Below the pieces are notes generated by a model, which was given only the letters and a program-made list of their open reading frames with translations, ran no database searches and was not told where the DNA came from. Made by a program: the position numbers and the translations under genes. From Pristiophorus japonicus (Eukaryota): DNA of 64,000 nucleotides. Numbering within the stretch: position 1 is the first letter of the stretch; each line of letters starts with the position of its first letter. Of the stretch, positions 14,201 to 32,683 are shown one piece after another. Location: positions 13,826,001 to 13,890,000 of the forward strand of contig NC_091999.1 of the NCBI RefSeq assembly GCF_044704955.1. The letters run 5' to 3'.

Positions 14201-17200
14201 TGATTTACACACACACACTGACCTAGTGATTTGCACGCACATAGACTTTCCTGGTGATTTAATCACACACACTGACCTGGTGATTTAGACACACACACTG
14301 ACCTGGTGATTTATACACACACACACTGACCTGGTGATTTAAACACACACTCACTGACCTGGTGATTTGCACATGCACTGACCTGGTGATGTACAGACAG
14401 AGACACACACTAACCTGGTGATTTGCACACACACACACACTGACCTGGTGATTTACAAACACACTGACCTGGTGATTTATACACACACTGACCTGGTGAT
14501 GTACACACACACACTGACCTGGTGATTTACACACGAACAGTCCTGGTGATGTATAGACACAGACACACACTAACCTGGTGATTTACACACACATACACTG
14601 ACCTACACACACACAAAGACCTGGTGATTTACACACACACACTGACCTGATGATTTGCACACACACTGACCTGCTAATTTACACACACACACTGACCTGG
14701 TGATTTACACACACACACTGACCTGGTGATTTACACACACGCTGATCTGGTGATTTACTTACAGACACACTGACCTGGTTATTTACACACACACACTGAC
14801 CTGGTGATTTACACAGGCACTGACCTGGTGATGTACACACACACACTGACCTGGTGATTTACACACACACTGATCTGGTGATATGCACACACACACTGAC
14901 CTGGTGATTTACACATACACTGACCTGGTGATGTACACATGCACTGACCTGGTGATTTACACAGACACACACACCTGGTGATATACACACACACTTACCT
15001 GGTGATTTACACACATACGCACACTGACCTTGTGATTTACACACACACACACTGACCTGGTGACTTGCACACACACACACACACACACTCACCTGCTGAT
15101 TTACACACACGCTGATCTGGTGATTTACACACACGCACACTGAGCTGGTGATTTACACACACACACACACACACTGACCTGGTCATTTACACACACACAC
15201 ACTGACCTGATGATTTACACACACACAGACCTGGTGATTTACACACACACACACACCACACACACTGAACTGGTTATTTACACACACACACACTGACCTG
15301 ATGATTTACACACACACTGATCTAGTGATTTACACAAACACTGACCTGTTGATTTACAGACACAGTCAGACACTAACCTGGTGATTTATACACACACACA
15401 CTGACCTGTTGATTTGCACATGCACTGACCTGGTGATGTACAGACAGAGACACACACTAACCTGGTGATTTACACACACACACACTGACCTGGTGATTTA
15501 CACACACACACTGACCTGGTGATTTACACACACACACTGACCTGGTGATGTACACACACGAACTGACCTGGTGATTTACACACACACTGACCTGGTGATG
15601 TACAGACAGAGACATACACTAACCTGGTGATTTACACAAACACTGACCTGTTGATTTACAGACACAGTCAGACACTAACCTGGTGATTTATACACACACA
15701 CACTGACCTGTTGATTTGCACATGCACTGACCTGGTGATGTACAGACAGAGACACACACTAACCTGGTGATTTACACACACACACACTGACCTGGTGATT
15801 TACACACACACACACTGACCTGGTGATTTACACACACACTGACCTGGTGATGTACACACACACACACACTGACCTGGTGATTTACACACACACTGACCTG
15901 GTGATGTATAGACACAGACACACACTAACCTGGTGATTTACACAGACACACACACCTGGTGATATACACACACACACACTGATCTGGTGATTTACACACG
16001 CACTGACCTGGTGATGTACACACACACACTGACCTGGTGATTTACACACACACTGATCTGGTGATATGCACACATACACTGACCTGGTGATTTACACATG
16101 CACTGACCTGGTGATGTACACATGCACTGACCTGGTGATGTACACATGCACTGACCTGGTGATTTACACAGACACACACACCTGGTGATATACACACACA
16201 CTGACCTGGTGATTTACACACATACGCACACTGACCTTGTGATTTACACACACACACACTGACCTGGTGACTTGCACACACACACACACACACACACTCA
16301 CCTGCTGATTTACACACACACTGACCTGGTCATTTCCACACACACACTGACATTGTGATTTACATGCGCACACTGACCTGCCGATTAACACAAACATTGA
16401 CGTGGTGATTTACACACACATACCACTGACCGGTAATTTATACACACACACACACACACTGACCTGGTGATTTACACACACACACTGACCTAGTGATTTA
16501 TACACACACTGATCTGGTGATTTACACACGCGCAAACTGAGCAGGGGATTTACATACACACTGACATGGTGATTTACACACACACTGACCTGGTGATGTA
16601 CACACGCACACTGATCTGGTGATGTACAGATACAGACACACACTAACCTGGTGATTTACACACACACTGAGCTGGTCATTTACACACACACTGACATGGT
16701 GATTTACATGCGCACTGATCAGATGATGTACACACACACACACTGACCTGGTGATTTATACACACACTGATCTGGTGATTTACACACGCGCAAAATGACC
16801 AGGGGATTTACATACACACTGACATGGTGATTTACGCACACACACACGGATCTGGTGATTTACTTACACACACATTGACCTGGTGATTTAAACACACACT
16901 GACATGGTGATTTACACACACACGCAACTGAGCTTGTGATTTACACACACACACACACACTGACCTGGTGATTTCCACACACACACTGACCTGGTGATTT
17001 ACACACGCACTGACCTGGTGATGTACACACACACACTGACCTGGTGATTTACACACACACTGATCTGGTGATATGCACACGTACACTGACCTGGTGATTT
17101 ACACATGCACTGACCTGGTGATGTACAGACAGAGACACACACTAACCTGGTGATTTACACACATATACACTAACCTGGTGATTTACACACACACACACAC

Positions 17201-20200
17201 ACACACACTGAGCTGCTCATTTACACACACACTGACATGGTGATTTACACACGCACTGATCTGGTGATGTACACACACACACTGACCTGGTGATTTACAC
17301 ACACACTGATCTGGTGATATGCACACATACACTGACCTGGTGATGTACACACACACACTGATCTGGTGATTTACACACACACACTGATCTGGTGATGTAC
17401 ACACACACACACTGACCTGGTGATTTTTCAAACACACACACACACACTGACCTGGGAATTTACACACACACTGACCTGGTGATTTATGCACACACACACG
17501 GACCTGGTGATGAACACACGCACACACACACACTGACCTGGTGATTTACACACACACATTAACCTGGTGATTTATACAGACACTGATCTGGTGATTTACA
17601 CACACACACTGACCTGATGATTTACACACACACACTGACCTAATGATTTGCACGCACATAGACTTTCCTGGTGATTCAATCACACACAAACACTCACACA
17701 CACTGACCTGGTGATTTACACACACACACTGACCTGGTGATTTATACACACACTGATCTGGTGATTTACACACGCGCAAACTGACCAGGGGATTTATATA
17801 CACACTGACATGGTGATTTACACACACACACTGACCTGGTGATTTACACACGAACTGACCTGGTGATTTACACAGACACACTGACCTGGGAATTTACACA
17901 GACACACTGACCTGGGAATTTACACACACACTGACCTGGTGATTTATGCACATACACAAGGACCTGGTGATGAACGCACGCACACACACACACTGACCTG
18001 GTGATTTCCACAGACACAAACACTGACCTGGTGATTTACACACACACACACACACTGACCTACACACACACACAGACCTGGTGATTTACACACACACACT
18101 GACCTGGTGATTTACACACACGCTGATCTGGTGATTTATTTACAGACACACTGACCTGGTTATTTACACACACACACTGACCTGGTGATTTACACACACA
18201 GTGACCTGCTAATTTACACACACACACTGACCTGATGATTTACACACACACACTGACCTGGTGATTTACACACACACACTGACCTGGTGATTTACACAAA
18301 CACTGACCTGGTGATTTACAGACACAGACAGACACTAACCTGGTGATTTATACACACACACACACGGACCTGTTGATTTGCACATGCACTGACCTGCTGA
18401 TGTACAGACAGAGACACACACTAACCTGGTGATGTACACACACACACTGACCTGGTGATTTACACACGAACTGACCTGGTGATGTATAGACACAGACACA
18501 CACTAACCTGGTGATTTACACAGACACACACACCTGGTGATATACACACACACTGACCTGGTGATTTGCACACATACGCACACTGACCTTGTGATTTACA
18601 CACACACACACACTGACCTGGTGATTTACATACACACTGACCTGGTAATATACACACACACTGACCTGGTGATTTATGCACACACACACGGACCTGGTGA
18701 TGAACACACGCACACACTGACCTGGTGATTTACACACACACATTAACCTGATGATTTATACAGACACTGATCTGGTGATTTACACACACACACTGACCTG
18801 GTGATTTACACAGGCACTGACCTGGTGATGTACACACACACACTGACCTGGTGATTTACACACACACTGATCTGGTGATATGCACACACACACTGACCTG
18901 GTGATTTACACATACACTGACCTGGTGATGTACACATGCACTGACCTGGTGATTTACACAGACACACACACCTGGTGATATACACACACACTTACCTGGT
19001 GATTTACACACATACGCACACTGACCTTGTGATTTACACACACACACACTGACCTGGTGACTTGCACACACACACACACACACACTCACCTGCTGATTTA
19101 CACACACGCTGATCTGGTGATTTACACACACGCACACTGAGCTGGTGATTTACACACACACACACACACACTGACCTGGTCATTTACACACACACACACT
19201 GACCTGATGATTTACACACACACAGACCTGGTGATTTACACACACACACACCACACACACTGAACTGGTTATTTACACACACACACACTGACCTGATGAT
19301 TTACACACACACTGATCTAGTGATTTACACAAACACTGACCTGTTGATTTACAGACACAGTCAGACACTAACCTGGTGATTTATACACACACACACTGAC
19401 CTGTTGATTTGCACATGCACTGACCTGGTGATGTACAGACAGAGACACACACTAACCTGGTGATTTACACACACACACACTGACCTGGTGATTTACACAC
19501 ACACACTGACCTGGTGATTTACACACACACACTGACCTGGTGATGTACACACACGAACTGACCTGGTGATTTACACACACACTGACCTGGTGATGTACAG
19601 ACAGAGACATACACTAACCTGGTGATTTACACAAACACTGACCTGTTGATTTACAGACACAGTCAGACACTAACCTGGTGATTTATACACACACACACTG
19701 ACCTGTTGATTTGCACATGCACTGACCTGGTGATGTACAGACAGAGACACACACTAACCTGGTGATTTACACACACACACACTGACCTGGTGATTTACAC
19801 ACACACACACTGACCTGGTGATTTACACACACACTGACCTGGTGATGTACACACACACACACACTGACCTGGTGATTTACACACACACTGACCTGGTGAT
19901 GTATAGACACAGACACACACTAACCTGGTGATTTACACAGACACACACACCTGGTGATATACACACACACACACTGATCTGGTGATTTACACATGCACTG
20001 ACCTGGTGATGTACACACACACACTGACCTGGTGATTTACACACACACTGATCTGGTGATATGCACACATACACTGACCTGGTGATTTACACATGCACTG
20101 ACCTGGTGATGTACACATGCACTGACCTGGTGATGTACACATGCACTGACCTGGTGATTTACACAGACACACACACCTGGTGATATACACACACACTGAC

Positions 20201-23200
20201 CTGGTGATTTACACACATACGCACACTGACCTTGTGATTTACACACACACACTGACCTGGTGACTTGCACACACACACACACACACACACTCACCTGCTG
20301 ATTTACACACACACTGACCTGGTCATTTCCACACACACACTGACATTGTGATTTACATGCGCACACTGACCTGCCGATTAACACAAACATTGACGTGGTG
20401 ATTTACACACACATACCACTGACCGGTAATTTATACACACACACACACACACTGACCTGGTGATTTACACACACACACTGACCTAGTGATTTATACACAC
20501 ACTGATCTGGTGATTTACACACGCGCAAACTGAGCAGGGGATTTACATACACACTGACATGGTGATTTACACACACACTGACCTGGTGATGTACACACGC
20601 ACACTGATCTGGTGATGTACAGATACAGACACACACTAACCTGGTGATTTACACACACACACACTGAGCTGGTCATTTACACACACACTGACATGGTGAT
20701 TTACACACACACACACTGAGCTGGTCATTTACACACACACTGACATGGTGATTTACATGCGCACTGATCAGATGATGTACACACACACACACTGACCTGG
20801 TGATTTATACACACACTGATCTGGTGATTTACACACGCGCAAAATGACCAGGGGATTTACATACACACTGACATGGTGATTTACGCACACACACACGGAT
20901 CTGGTGATTTACTTACACACACATTGACCTGGTGATTTAAACACACACTGACATGGTGATTTACACACACACGCAACTGAGCTTGTGATTTACACACACA
21001 CACACACTGACCTGGTGATTTCCACACACACACTGACCTGGTGATTTACACACGCACTGACCTGGTGATGTACACACACACACTGACCTGGTGATTTACA
21101 CACACACTGATCTGGTGATATGCACACGTACACTGACCTGGTGATTTACACATGCACTGACCTGGTGATGTACAGACAGAGACACACACTAACCTGGTGA
21201 TTTACACACATATACACTAACCTGGTGATTTACACACACACACACACACACACTGAGCTGCTCATTTACACACACACTGACATGGTGATTTACACACGCA
21301 CTGATCTGGTGATGTACACACACACACTGACCTGGTGATTTACACACACACTGATCTGGTGATATGCACACATACACTGACCTGGTGATGTACACACACA
21401 CACTGATCTGGTGATTTACACACACACACTGATCTGGTGATGTACACACACACACACTGACCTGGTGATTTTTCAAACACACACACACACACTGACCTGG
21501 GAATTTACACACACACTGACCTGGTGATTTATGCACACACACACGGACCTGGTGATGAACACACGCACACACACACACTGACCTGGTGATTTACACACAC
21601 ACATTAACCTGGTGATTTATACAGACACTGATCTGGTGATTTACACACACACACTGACCTGATGATTTACACACACACACTGACCTAATGATTTGCACGC
21701 ACATAGACTTTCCTGGTGATTCAATCACACACAAACACTCACACACACTGACCTGGTGATTTACACACACACACTGACCTGGTGATTTATACACACACTG
21801 ATCTGGTGATTTACACACGCGCAAACTGACCAGGGGATTTATATACACACTGACATGGTGATTTACACACACACACTGACCTGGTGATTTACACACGAAC
21901 TGACCTGGTGATTTACACAGACACACTGACCTGGGAATTTACACAGACACACTGACCTGGGAATTTACACACACACTGACCTGGTGATTTATGCACATAC
22001 ACAAGGACCTGGTGATGAACGCACGCACACACACACACTGACCTGGTGATTTCCACAGACACAAACACTGACCTGGTGATTTACACACACACACACACAC
22101 TGACCTACACACACACACAGACCTGGTGATTTACACACACACACTGACCTGGTGATTTACACACACGCTGATCTGGTGATTTATTTACAGACACACTGAC
22201 CTGGTTATTTACACACACACACACTGACCTGGTGATTTACACACACAGTGACCTGCTAATTTACACACACACACTGACCTGATGATTTACACACACACAC
22301 TGACCTGGTGATTTACACACACACACTGACCTGGTGATTTACACAAACACTGACCTGGTGATTTACAGACACAGACAGACACTAACCTGGTGATTTATAC
22401 ACACACACACACACGGACCTGTTGATTTGCACATGCACTGACCTGCTGATGTACAGACAGAGACACACACTAACCTGGTGATGTACACACACACACTGAC
22501 CTGGTGATTTACACACGAACTGACCTGGTGATGTATAGACACAGACACACACTAACCTGGTGATTTACACAGACACACACACCTGGTGATATACACACAC
22601 ACTGACCTGGTGATTTGCACACATACGCACACTGACCTTGTGATTTACACACACACACACACTGACCTGGTGATTTACATACACACTGACCTGGTAATAT
22701 ACACACACACTGACCTGGTGATTTATGCACACACACACGGACCTGGTGATGAACACACGCACACACTGACCTGGTGATTTACACACACACATTAACCTGA
22801 TGATTTATACAGACACTGATCTGGTGATTTACACACACACACTGACCTGATGATTTACACACACTCACTGACAGAGTGATTTGCACGCACATAGACTAAC
22901 CTGGTGATTTACACACATATACACTAACCTGGTGATTTACACACACACACACACACACACACTGAGCTGGTCATTTACACACACACTGACATGGTGATTT
23001 ACACACGCACTGATCTGGTGATGTACACACACACACTGACCTGGTGATTTACACACACACTGATCTGGTGATATGCACACATACACTGACCTGGTGATGT
23101 ACACACACACACACACACTGATCTGGTGATTTACACACACACACTGATCTGGTGATGTACACACACACACACTGACCTGGTGATTTTTCAAACACACACA

Positions 23201-24878
23201 CACACACTGACCTGGGAATTTACACACACACTGACCTGGTGATTTATGCACACACACACGGACCTGGTGATGAACACACGCACACACACACACTGACCTG
23301 GTGATTTACACACACACATTAACCTGGTGATTTATACAGACACTGATCTGGTGATTTACACACACACACTGACCTGGTGATTTATACACACACTGATCTG
23401 GTGATTTACACACGCGCAAACTGACCAGGGGATTTATATACACACTGACATGGTGATTTACACACACACACTGACCTGGTGATTTACACACGAACTGACC
23501 TGGTGATTTACACAGACACACACAGACACACTGACCTGGGAATTTACACACACACTGACCTGGTGATTTATGCACATACACAAGGACCTGGTGATGAACG
23601 CACGCACACACACACACTGACCTGGTGATTTCCACACACACACACTTACCTACACACACACACAGACCTGGTGATTTACACACACACACTGACCTGGTGA
23701 TTTACACACACACACTGACCTGGTGATTTACACACACACACTGACCTGGTGATTTACACACACACTGACCTGCTAATTTACACACACACACTGACCTGAT
23801 GATTTACACACACACACTGACCTGATGATTTACACACACACACTGACCTGGTGATTTACACAAACACTGACCTGGTGATTTACAGACACAGACAGACACT
23901 AACCTGGTGATTTATACACACACACACACGGACCTGTTGATTTGCACATGCACTGACCTGGTGATGTACAGACAGAGACACACACTAACCTGGTGATGTA
24001 CACACACACACTGACCTGGTGATTTACACACGAACTGACCTGGTGATGTATAGACACAGACACACACTAACCTGGTGATTTACACAGACACACACACCTG
24101 GTGATATACACACACACTGACCTGGTGATTTACACACATACGCACACTGACCTTGTGATTTACACACACACACACACTGACCTGGTGATTTACATACACA
24201 CTGACCTGGTAATATACACACACACTGACCTGGTGATTTATGCACACACACACGGACCTGGTGATGAACACACGCACACACTGACCTGGTGATTTACACA
24301 CACACATTAACCTGATGATTTATACAGACACTGATCTGGTGATTTACACACACACACTGACCTGATGATTTACACACACTCACTGACAGAGTGATTTGCA
24401 CGCACATAGACTTTCCTGGTGATTTAATCGCACGCACACACACTCACCTGGTGATTTACACACACACACTGATCTGGTGATTTACACACGCGCAAACTGA
24501 CCTGGGGATTTACATACACACTGACCTGGTGATTTATGCACACACACAGACCTGGTGATTTACACACGCACACACACACTGACCTGGTGATTCACTTAGA
24601 CACACATTGATCTCGTGATTTACACACACACACACACACAGACCTGGTGATTTACACACACACACTGACCTGGTGATTTACACACACACACACACACACA
24701 GACCTGGTGATTTACACACACACACACAGACCTGGTAATTTACACACACACAGTGGCGTGGTGATTTACTTACACACACATTGATCTGGTGATGTACACA
24801 CACACACACTGATCTGGTGATGTACACACACACACACTGACCTGGTGATGTACACACACACACTGACCTGGTGATTTG

Positions 24879-24909
<31 letters not shown>

Positions 24910-27900
24910 ACCTGGTGATTTCCACACACACAGTGGCGTGGTGATTTACACACACACGCTGACCTGGTGATTTACACAGACACTGACGTGGTGATTTACA
25001 CACACACACACTGACCTGGTGATTGACACACACACTGACCTGGGGATTGATGCACACACACACGGACCTGGTGATTAACACACACGGACCTGGTGATTAA
25101 CATATACACACACTGACCTGGTGATTTTCACACACTGACCTGGTGATTTACACACACACACACACAGTGTCTGGTCATTTACACACACACACAGTGCCAT
25201 TTACACACTCACTGACATGGTGATTTACATGCGCACACTGACCTGTCGATTAACACAAACATTGACGTGGTGATATACACACACATACCACTGACCGGTA
25301 ATTTATACACACACACACACACACTGACCTGGTGATTTACACACACACACACTGACCTAGTGATTTAATTACACACACATTGATCTGGTGATGTACACAC
25401 ACACACACACTGACCTGGTGATTTACACACACACACACTGACCTAGTGATTTAATTACACACACAACTAATCTGGTGATGTACACAAACACACACACACT
25501 GATCTGCCGATGTACACACACACACACTGACCTGTTGATTTGCACATGCACTGACCTGGTGATGTACAGACAGAGACACACACTAACCTGGTGATTTACA
25601 CACACACACACTAACCTGGTGATTTACACACACACACACTGACCTGGTGATTTACACACACACTGACCTGGTGATTTACACACACACTGACCTGGTGATG
25701 TATAGACACAGACACACACTAACCTGGTGATTTACACAGACACACACACCTGGTGATATACACACATGCACTGACCTGGTGATGTACACATGCACTGACC
25801 TGGTGATGTACACATGCACTGACCTGGTGATGTACACAGACACACTGACATGGTGATTTACACACACACACTGACCTAGTGATTTGCACGCACATAGACT
25901 TTCCTGGTGATTCAATCACACACAAACACTCACACACACTGACCTGGTGATTTACACACACACACTGACCTGGTGATTTATACACACACTGATCTGGTGA
26001 TTTACACACGCGCAAACTGACCAGGGGATTTATATACACACTGACATGGTGATTTACACACACACACTGACCTGGTGATTTACACACGAACTGACCTGGT
26101 GATTTACACAGACACACACAGACACACTGACCTGGGAATTTACACACACACTGACCTGGTGATTTATGCACATACACAAGGACCTGGTGATGAACGCACG
26201 CACACACACACACTGACCTGGTGATTTCCACAGACACAAACACTGACCTGGTGATTTACACACACACACACTTACCTACACACACACACAGACCTGGTGA
26301 TTTACACACACACACTGACCTGGTGATTTACACACACGCTGATCTGGTGATTTATTTACAGACACACTGACCTGGTTATTTACACACACACACTGACCTG
26401 GTGATTTACACACACACACTGACCTGGTGATTTACACACACACACTGACCTGGTGATTTACACAAACACTGACCTGGTGATTTACAGACACAGACAGACA
26501 CTAACCTGGTGATTTATACACACACACACACGGACCTGTTGATTTGCACATGCACTGACCTGGTGATGTACAGACAGAGACACACACTAACCTGGTGATG
26601 TACACACACACACTGACCTGGTGATTTACACACGAACTGACCTGGTGATGTATAGACACAGACACACACTAACCTGGTGATTTACACAGACACACACACC
26701 TGGTGATATACACACACACTGACCTGGTGATTTACACACATACGCACACTGACCTTGTGATTTACACACACACTGACCTGGTGATTTACATACACACTGA
26801 CCTGGTAATATACACACACACTGACCTGGTGATTTATGCACACACACACGGACCTGGTGATGAACACACGCACACACTGACCTGGTGATTTACACACACA
26901 CATTAACCTGATGATTTATACAGACACTGATCTGGTGATTTACACACACACACTGACCTGATGATTTACACACACTCACTGACAGAGTGATTTGCACGCA
27001 CATAGACTTTCCTGGTGATTTAATCGCACGCACACACACTCACCTGGTGATTTACACACACACACTGATCTGGTGATTTACACACGCGCAAACTGACCTG
27101 GGGATTTACATACACACTGACCTGGTGATTTATGCACACACACAGACCTGGTGATTTACACACGCACACACACACTGACCTGGTGATTCACTTAGACACA
27201 CATTGATCTCGTGATTTACACACACACACACACTCACCTGGTGATTTACACACACACACTGATCTGGTGATTTACACACGCGCAAACTGACCTGGGGATT
27301 TACATACACACTGACCTGGTGATTTATGCACACACACAGACCTGGTGATTTACACACGCACACACACACTGACCTGGTGATTCACTTAGACACACATTGA
27401 TCTCGTGATTTACACACACACACACACAGACCTGGTGATTTACACACACACACTGACCTGGTGATTTACACACACACGCCCACTGACCTGGTGATTTAAA
27501 CACACACACTGACCTGCTAATTTACACACACACAGTGGCGTGGTGATTTAAACACACACTGACATGGTGATTTACACACAAACACACACAGACCTGGTGA
27601 TTTACACACACACACACAGACCTGGTGATTTACACACACACTGACCTGGTGATTTACTTACACACACATTGATCTGGTGATGTACACACACACACACTGA
27701 TCTGGTGATGTACACACACACACACTGACCTGGTGATGTACACACACACACACTGACCTGGTGATTTGCACACACACACACACACACACACACTGACCTG
27801 GTGATTTCCACACACACAGTGGCGTGGTGATTTACACACACACGCTGACCTGGTGATTTACACAGACACTGACGTGGTGATTTACACACACACACACTGA

Positions 27901-30900
27901 CCTGGTGATTGACACACACACTGACCTGGGGATTGATGCACACACACACGGACCTGGTGATTAACACACACGGACCTGGTGATTAACATATACACACACT
28001 GACCTGGTGATTTTCACACACTGACCTGGTGATTTACACACACACACACAGTGTCTGGTCATTTACACACACACACACAGTGCCATTTACACACTCACTG
28101 ACATGGTGATTTACATGCGCACACTGACCTGTCGATTAACACAAACATTGACGTGGTGATATACACACACATACCACTGACCGGTAATTTATACACACAC
28201 ACACACTGACCTGGTGATTTACACACACACACACTGACCTAGTGATTTAATTACACACACATTGATCTGGTGATGTACACACACACACACACTGACCTGG
28301 TGATTTACACACACACACACTGACCTAGTGATTTAATTACACACACACTAATCTGGTGATGTACACAAACACACACACACTGATCTGCCGATGTACACAC
28401 ACACACACTGACCTGTTGATTTGCACATGCACTGACCTGGTGATGTACAGACAGAGACACACACTAACCTGGTGATTTACACACACACACACTAACCTGG
28501 TGATTTACACACACACACACTGACCTGGTGATTTACACACACACTGACCTGGTGATTTACACACACACTGACCTGGTGATGTATAGACACAGACACACAC
28601 TAACCTGGTGATTTACACAGACACACACACCTGGTGATATACACACATGCACTGACCTGGTGATGTACACATGCACTGACCTGGTGATGTACACAGACAC
28701 ACTGACATGGTGATTTACACACACACACTGACCTAGTGATTTGCACGCACATAGACTTTCCTGGTGATTCAATCACACACAAACACTCACACACACTGAC
28801 CTGGTGATTTACACACACACACTGACCTGGTGATTTATACACACACTGATCTGGTGATTTACACACGCGCAAACTGACCAGGGGATTTATATACACACTG
28901 ACATGGTGATTTACACACACACACAGACCTGGTGATTTACACAGACACACACACAGACACACTGACCTGGGAAATTACACACACACTGACCTGGTGATTT
29001 ATGCACATACACAAGGACCTGGTGATGAACGCACGCACACACACACACTGACCTGGTGATTTCCACAGACACAAACACTGACCTGGTGATTTACACACAC
29101 ACACACTTACCTACACACACACACAGACCTGGTGATTTACACACACACACTGACCTGGTGATTTACACACACACACTGACCTGGTGATTTACACACACAC
29201 TGACCTGGTGATTTACACACACACACTGACCTGATGATTTACACACACACACTGACCTGGTGATTTACACACACACACTGACCTGGTGATTTACAGACAC
29301 AGACAGACACTAACCTGGTGATTTATACACACACACACACGGACCTGTTGATTTGCACATGCACTGACCTGGTGATGTACAGACAGAGACACACACTAAC
29401 CTGGTGATGTACACACACACACTGACCTGGTGATTTACACACGAACTGACCTGGTGATGTATAGACACAGACACACACTAACCTGGTGATTTACACAGAC
29501 ACACACACCTGGTGATATACACACACACTGACCTGGTGATTTACACACATACGCACACTGACCTTGTGATTTACACACACACACACACTGACCTGGTGAT
29601 TTACATACACACTGACCTGGTAATATACACACACACTGACCTGGTGATTTATGCACACACACACGGACCTGGTGATGAACACACGCACACACTGACCTGG
29701 TGATTTACACACACACATTAACCTGATGCTTTATACAGACACTGATCTGGTGATTTACACACACACACTGACCTGATGATTTACACACACTCACTGACAG
29801 AGTGATTTGCACGCACATAGACTTTCCTGGTGATTTAATCGCACGCACACACACTCACCTGGTGATTTACACACACACACTGATCTGTTGATTTACACAC
29901 GCGCAAACTGACCTGGGGATTTACATACACACTGACCTGGTGATTTATGCACACACACAGACCTGGTGATTTACACACGCACACACACACTGACCTGGTG
30001 ATTCACTTAGACACACATTGATCTCGTGATTTACACACACACACACACAGACCTGGTGATTTACACACACACACTGACCTGGTGATTTACACACACACGC
30101 CCACTGACCTGGTGATTTAAACACACACACTGACCTGCTAATTTACACACACACAGTGGCGTGGTGATTTAAACACACACTGACATGGTGATTTACACAC
30201 ACACACACAGACCTGGTGATTTACACACACACACTGACCTGGTGATTTACACACACACACTGACCTGGTGATTTACACAAACACTGACCTGGTGATTTAC
30301 AGACACAGACAGACACTAACCTGGTGATTTATACACACACACACACGGACCTGTTGATTTGCACATGCACTGACCTGGTGATGTACAGACAGAGACACAC
30401 ACTAACCTGGTGATGTACACACACACACTGACCTGGTGATTTACACACGAACTGACCTGGTGATGTATAGACACAGACACACACTAACCTGGTGATTTAC
30501 ACAGACACACACACCTGGTGATATACACACACACTGACCTGGTGATTTACACACATACGCACACTGACCTTGTGATTTACACACACACACACACTGACCT
30601 GGTGATTTACATACACACTGACCTGGTAATATACACACACACTGACCTGGTGATTTATGCACACACACACGGACCTGGTGATGAACACACGCACACACTG
30701 ACCTGGTGATTTACACACACACATTAACCTGATGATTTATACAGACACTGATCTGGTGATTTACACACACACACTGACCTGATGATTTACACACACTCAC
30801 TGACAGAGTGATTTGCACGCACATAGACTTTCCTGGTGATTTAATCGCACGCACACACACTCACCTGGTGATTTACACACACACACTGATCTGGTGATTT

Positions 30901-32683
30901 ACACACGCGCAAACTGACCTGGGGATTTACATACACACTGACCTGGTGATTTATGCACACACACAGACCTGGTGATTTACACACGCACACACACACTGAC
31001 CTGGTGATTTACACACACACACTGACCTGGTGATTTACACACACACGCCCACTGACCTGGTGATTTAAACACACACAGTGGCGTGGTGATTTAAACACAC
31101 ACTGACATGGTGATTTACACACACACACACAGACCTGGTGATTTACACACACACACACAGACCTGGTGATTTACACACACACGCCCACTGACCTGGTGAT
31201 TTAAACACACACACTGACCTGCTAATTTACACACACACAGTGGCGTGGTGATTTAAACACACACTGACATGGTGATTTACACACACACACACAGACCTGG
31301 TGATTTACACACACACTGACCTGGTGATTTACTTACACACACATTGATCTGGTGATGTACACACACACACACTGATCTGGTGATGTACACACACACACAC
31401 TGACCTGGTGATGTACACACACACACACTGACCTGGTGATTTGCACACACACAGTGGCGTGGTGATTTACACACACACGCTGACCTGGTGATTTACACAG
31501 ACACTGACGTGGTGATTTACACACACACACACTGACCTGGTGATTGACACACACACTGACCTGGGGATTGATGCACACACACACGGACCTGGTGATTAAC
31601 ACACACGGACCTGGTGATTAACATATACACACACTGACCTGGTGATTTTCACACACTGACCTGGTGATTTACACACACACACACAGTGTCTGGTCATTTA
31701 CACACACACACAGTGCCATTTACACACTCACTGACATGGTGATTTACATGCGCACACTGACCTGTCGATTAACACAAACATTGACGTGGTGATATACACA
31801 CACATACCACTGACCGGTAATTTATACACACACACACACTGACCTGGTGATTTACACACACACACACTGACCTAGTGATTTAATTACACACACATTGATC
31901 TGGTGATGTACACACACACACACACTGACCTGGTGATTTACACACACACACACTGACCTAGTGATTTAATTACACACACACTAATCTGGTGATGTACACA
32001 AACACACACACACTGATCTGCCGATGTACACACACACACACTGACCTGTTGATTTGCACATGCACTGACCTGGTGATGTACAGAGACACACACTAACCTG
32101 GTGATTTACACACACACACACTAACCTGGTGATTTACACACACACACACTGACCTGGTGATTTACACACACACTGACCTGGTGATGTACACACACACACA
32201 CTGACCTGGTGATTTACACACACACTGACCTGGTGATGTATAGACACAGACACACACTAACCTGGTGATTTACACAGACACACACACCTGGTGATATACA
32301 CACATGCACTGACCTGGTGATGTACACATGCACTGACCTGGTGATGTACACATGCACTGACCTGGTGATGTACACATGCACTGACCTGGTGATGTACACA
32401 TGCACTGACCTGGTGATGTACACATGCACACTGACATGGTGATTTACACACACACACTGACCTAGTGATTTGCACGCACATAGACTTTCCTGGTGATTTA
32501 ATCACACACACAGACTCACACACTGACCTGGTGATGTACACACACACACTGACCTGGTGATGTACACACACACACTGACCTGGTGATGTACACACACAGA
32601 CACACACTAACCTGGTGATTTACACAGACACACACACCTGGTGATATACACACACACACTGACCTGGTGATTTACACACATAC
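11229..32683. repeat. Satellite A, block 2, with ~4.0-kb, ~2.6-2.9-kb and ~1.0-kb higher-order duplications
   Basis: Same monomer as block 1. Identical or near-identical repeat-derived ORFs recur at offsets 14809->18806, 15882->19877, 17546->21591, 24024->26626, 26626->29435 and 29435->30441. Confidence 0.98.
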